NCBI GenBank assembly: GCA_963725865.1
Contig: CAVSAC010000012.1
Coordinates: 224,001 to 288,000 of the forward strand
Reading direction: 5' to 3'
Origin: Candidatus Eiseniibacteriota bacterium
GTDB taxonomy: Bacteria > Eisenbacteria > RBG-16-71-46
Length of the DNA: 64,000 bases
The translations under genes were made by a program, and so were the position numbers. The notes beneath the pieces were generated by a model. It made no database searches, was not told the origin of the DNA, and worked only from the letters and a program-made list of their open reading frames with translations. This document shows, piece by piece, positions 60,947-64,000 of the stretch (position 1 is its first letter; the number at the start of each line of letters is the position of its first letter).

Positions 60947-63855
60947 TCACCTCATGACGACGGCTCGCGACTGCAGCGTGCGCTCGGTCGTGACGAGGCG
61001 GATGAAGTAGAGCCCCGGGCGCACCGTGCCCGCGGCGGCCAGCCGCACGCGATGCTCGCCCGACGAAAACGCGCTCACGTCCTGCTCGGCGACGCGGCGG
61101 CCCGCGAGGTCGAACAGCGCGAGGGTGCCCGGCGTCCGCTTCGCGAGTGAAAACGCCACCATCAGATCGCCCGCGACCGGGTTGGGACGCGCGCCGGCGA
61201 GCGCCAGCCGCGCGGCCAGCGGCACCGCGAGCCAGGTCTCGCTGGCGGTGATCAGCGCGCCGCGCTCGGCGAACGCGAGGCGATAGCCGACACGCTGACC
61301 GGGCGTGAGCGTCGCGTCCTCGAATCGCACGCGGCCGTCGCCGTCGGGGTGCAGGCGCGCGCGCTCGGCCCACGTGGCGTCGCCGAGCGAGCGCAGCACG
61401 ATCGCCTCGGTGGCGGGCGCGGCGTCGGTGCTCCAGATGATGCGCGCGACGCCGGCGTCGATCGGAGGCGGAGACGAAGCGAGGCGAGCACCGGGGTGAC
61501 GACATCGGACCGGGCCGTGGTGTTCATGATGACGCCGAGGAACATGGGGCGAGACGCGGTGACCGCGACGTCGGGACGCTCGTCGTCGTCGAAGCGACCC
61601 ACCGCAACCGAGGTGAGGTAGTCGCCGAGGTCATTGCGGCTGCCGCTGGCAAAGGTGCCGTCGCCGTTGCTGAGCCACCAGGCGAGCGCCCCGGTGTAGC
61701 TGCTGTTGATGGCGCTGATGAGCACGTCATCACGATGGTCGCCGTTCAAATCCGCGACGGCGACGTCGTTGGGTTCGTGATGAGGGACGCGAATCGCGGT
61801 TCCTTCCGAATACACACCGCCTCCTCGGTTCATCAGTACCGCAAAGTCCCCATAGAAGAGGTAGTCCCCGAGAGCCGGACGAAACGCCAGGATGTCGGGC
61901 CAGCCGTCGCCGTCAAAATCCGCGGGGAGGACGCGCCCAGGATAAGGCGCGCCGTACCAGGAATCGCCTGCGCTCGAGGGCACCGCGTATCGCGCGATCA
62001 GCGCCCAGGCGCCGGGGCCCGACCGGTGAATCACAACAACAGTGTCGGGCGCGGACAGTGGCCACGCGGCCCCCGAGTTTGCGAACAAGATGAGCTCGTC
62101 GGCAGCGTCGTGATCGATATCGACCGCGCACGCGACCTGGCGCAGGACTTCGAACGGCGGAGTCATGCGCAGCTGGAGCGATGCCCCGCTCGCCGTCGGA
62201 ACACCTACGCCTCCAGCGCCGTCTCCGCGCGCAATGAAGAGCCCCCCCTGCGTGTCGCTCACGAATAGATCGACCGCACCGTCGCCATCGAAATCACCGG
62301 CGGCGACGAATCGCCACCCCGTCAAGAGGACTTCTCCCGGGGTGATCGTGTGCCCGGCCGCGCCACGCAGCAGTTCGATCGTGTCGGCTCGCGTGACGAC
62401 CACGTCCTCCAATCCGTCTCCGTCCACATCGCGGACCGCCTCGGGCATTCCACGACCGACCACCCGCGGAGGCTCGAAGCTCTGAGGACGGGTGTTCGCC
62501 ATCAAGTACAGGTCGTGGGCGCCGTTGAAGATCAGATCGTCACGAGGTCCGCCGAGATGGATGGTCCGCGCGTGTGAGAACGAGTCTTCGAACCCGATGC
62601 TCTCCACGATAGGGAGCGAGTACTCGGCAAGGCTGTTCAGGCGGCCATCCGTCCGAATGCGGAGCACGGTCGCGCCGGCCGGGTAGCCACCCGGCAGCTC
62701 GCCCGCGGCGACGATCTCCAGCCTGTCGTCGTGGTCCAGATCGGCCACGCTCAGGCCCTCGACCTCGCCGACCGAGTGATAGCCGGCCTGGGGTTGGAAC
62801 GTATGTCCGCCCAAATTGAGGTAGGAGCAAACCACTCCGAATGGCACGTCGGCCCCCCCGTAACCTTCGCTTCCGTCCTGAGCCAGCACGATGTCGAGCC
62901 GGCCGTCGCCATCCAGATCCGCGATGGCGACGCCGAAGGACTCGTGAGAGATCGTCAAGCTTGGGAAGGGTGTCGGCGGCGGAAGCGCCTCGGCATCAAA
63001 CCCACCGCTGCCATTTCCGTACAGCAGCCGACCCGAGGCCATTGCGAGGTCGACGTCGCCGTCTCCATCGAGGTCGGCGCCCGCGAACTCGGAGCTCCAG
63101 TTCAAGGGGTGAGTCGTCGAGGGCAGGTCGCTCGACACGAGGGCGAACGAGAAGCTTCCATTGTTCAGCCAACATGCGAGCGCCCCTGCTGCGGAATCCG
63201 TCGTGATCAGGTCCGGCCGACCATCGTCCGTCACGTCGAGCGCGATCAGTCCGCCGGGCGCCGACCCGCTGGGGAGATCCAGCACCCATGTCAGGTTGCC
63301 ATCGCCAGCATTCGACAGGATCCGAAGGCCCCTAGGCAGAGAGCAGGTCACGACGACATCGAGGTCCCCATCGCCGTCAAGGTCGGCGACGGCGACCGCT
63401 TGGGCGTCCGGAATCGGGTACGTGCCAAGCGGAGCGAACCTGCCCCGGCCGTCCCCCTTCAGTGACGCGATTCCCTCGTAGCCCATCGCAAGCACGACAT
63501 CGAGGTGGCCGTCACCGTCGATATCGCCCACCTCCATGTCGGATGGGAGACCATCGAGCGTGAAGGGAGTGCCGATTCGACGATCGATCTCGTCGGCGCC
63601 TACATCGATGAAGGCGAACAGACCCGAGTCGGTCGCAATGAGGATGTCCGGCCAGCCGTCCTCGTTCAGATCGGCGATCTTCGAATGCGCGGGCGTGTTC
63701 GTGGACACGTCACGGCCGCACGACAGGTAGCGCGGCAGGTCGAACCAGATATGCGTGGTGGCGGTGTCGATGACGAACTCGTACGCCGCCGCGGGGACCG
63801 CTACGCCGAGGAGGGCGATGATCACGGCGAGGATCGCGAGTACGGGCACACGCAT
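60947..63855 (-). CDS. Second FG-GAP/VCBS repeat protein with CTD; two single-base insertions near 61464 and 61477
   Basis: MRVPVLAILAV signal peptide and DLDGDG repeats. The CTD continues in the 60947..61399 frame. Deleting the two extra bases, seen by comparison with the paralog, gives one 968-aa ORF. Confidence 0.82.
60960..61503 (-). repeat. C-terminal cassette copy B
   Basis: Colinear with copy A in both DNA and protein (LALAGARPNPVAGDLMVAFSLA..TPGTLALFDLAGRR). Confidence 0.85.
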
Positions 63856-64000
63856 CGAGCGGACCCCTTCCCTTGGGGGCGGCGGCGGCCTGGACGGGGC
63901 GTTTCGGGGGGAAGCCCGTCGGGAATGGATGCAATGGCGCTTGGGGAGGGGCAAGGAGCGCGCCACGGCGCGGCGGCGAGCACGAGCGACTCCCAAGTGC

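Noticed and set aside
60822..61505. N-terminal ~230 aa of the 1174-aa ORF
   Set aside because: It is an off-frame read of the upstream gene's C-terminal cassette. The signal peptide starts at ATG 60821.

Overview
This is a 64-kb, very GC-rich bacterial chromosomal window carrying about 55 protein-coding genes. I see no rRNA, tRNA, CRISPR array, transposase or prophage. Housekeeping and metabolic blocks include EVE-ligA-polX, a molybdate ABC operon with an HTH-TOBE regulator and a divergent porin, glpD-glpK, a P5C dehydrogenase, an FdhF/YdeP molybdoenzyme and a TetR-HlyD-ABC efflux operon. Between them lie many secreted proteins with one of two C-terminal tags: a FlgD-Ig/T9SS-like domain (5 proteins), or a short 'VVPVRPx[S/T]WGxLKxRYR' tail (3 tandem Cys-rich dockerin-like paralogs). 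That secretome pattern suggests an FCB-associated lineage such as Ca. Eisenbacteria (inference). The top candidate novelty is an unannotated membrane microprotein gene just downstream of modC (minus strand, 34137-34051). Its TGA is followed by an open in-frame extension with a Cys and a SECIS-like hairpin, so it may be a 54-aa selenoprotein. Other leads are the WG-K-YR sorting tail, a near-identical C-terminal cassette on two divergent FG-GAP proteins, a zincin/ATP-grasp pair, a BNR-propeller/MoaD pair, a signal peptidase with a catalytic Lys->Arg change, a degenerate histidine kinase and several apparently leaderless genes. Three single-base insertions disrupt two genes and look like assembly errors. 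Several starts were re-picked by hand, and all domain calls come from motif reading without database searches.
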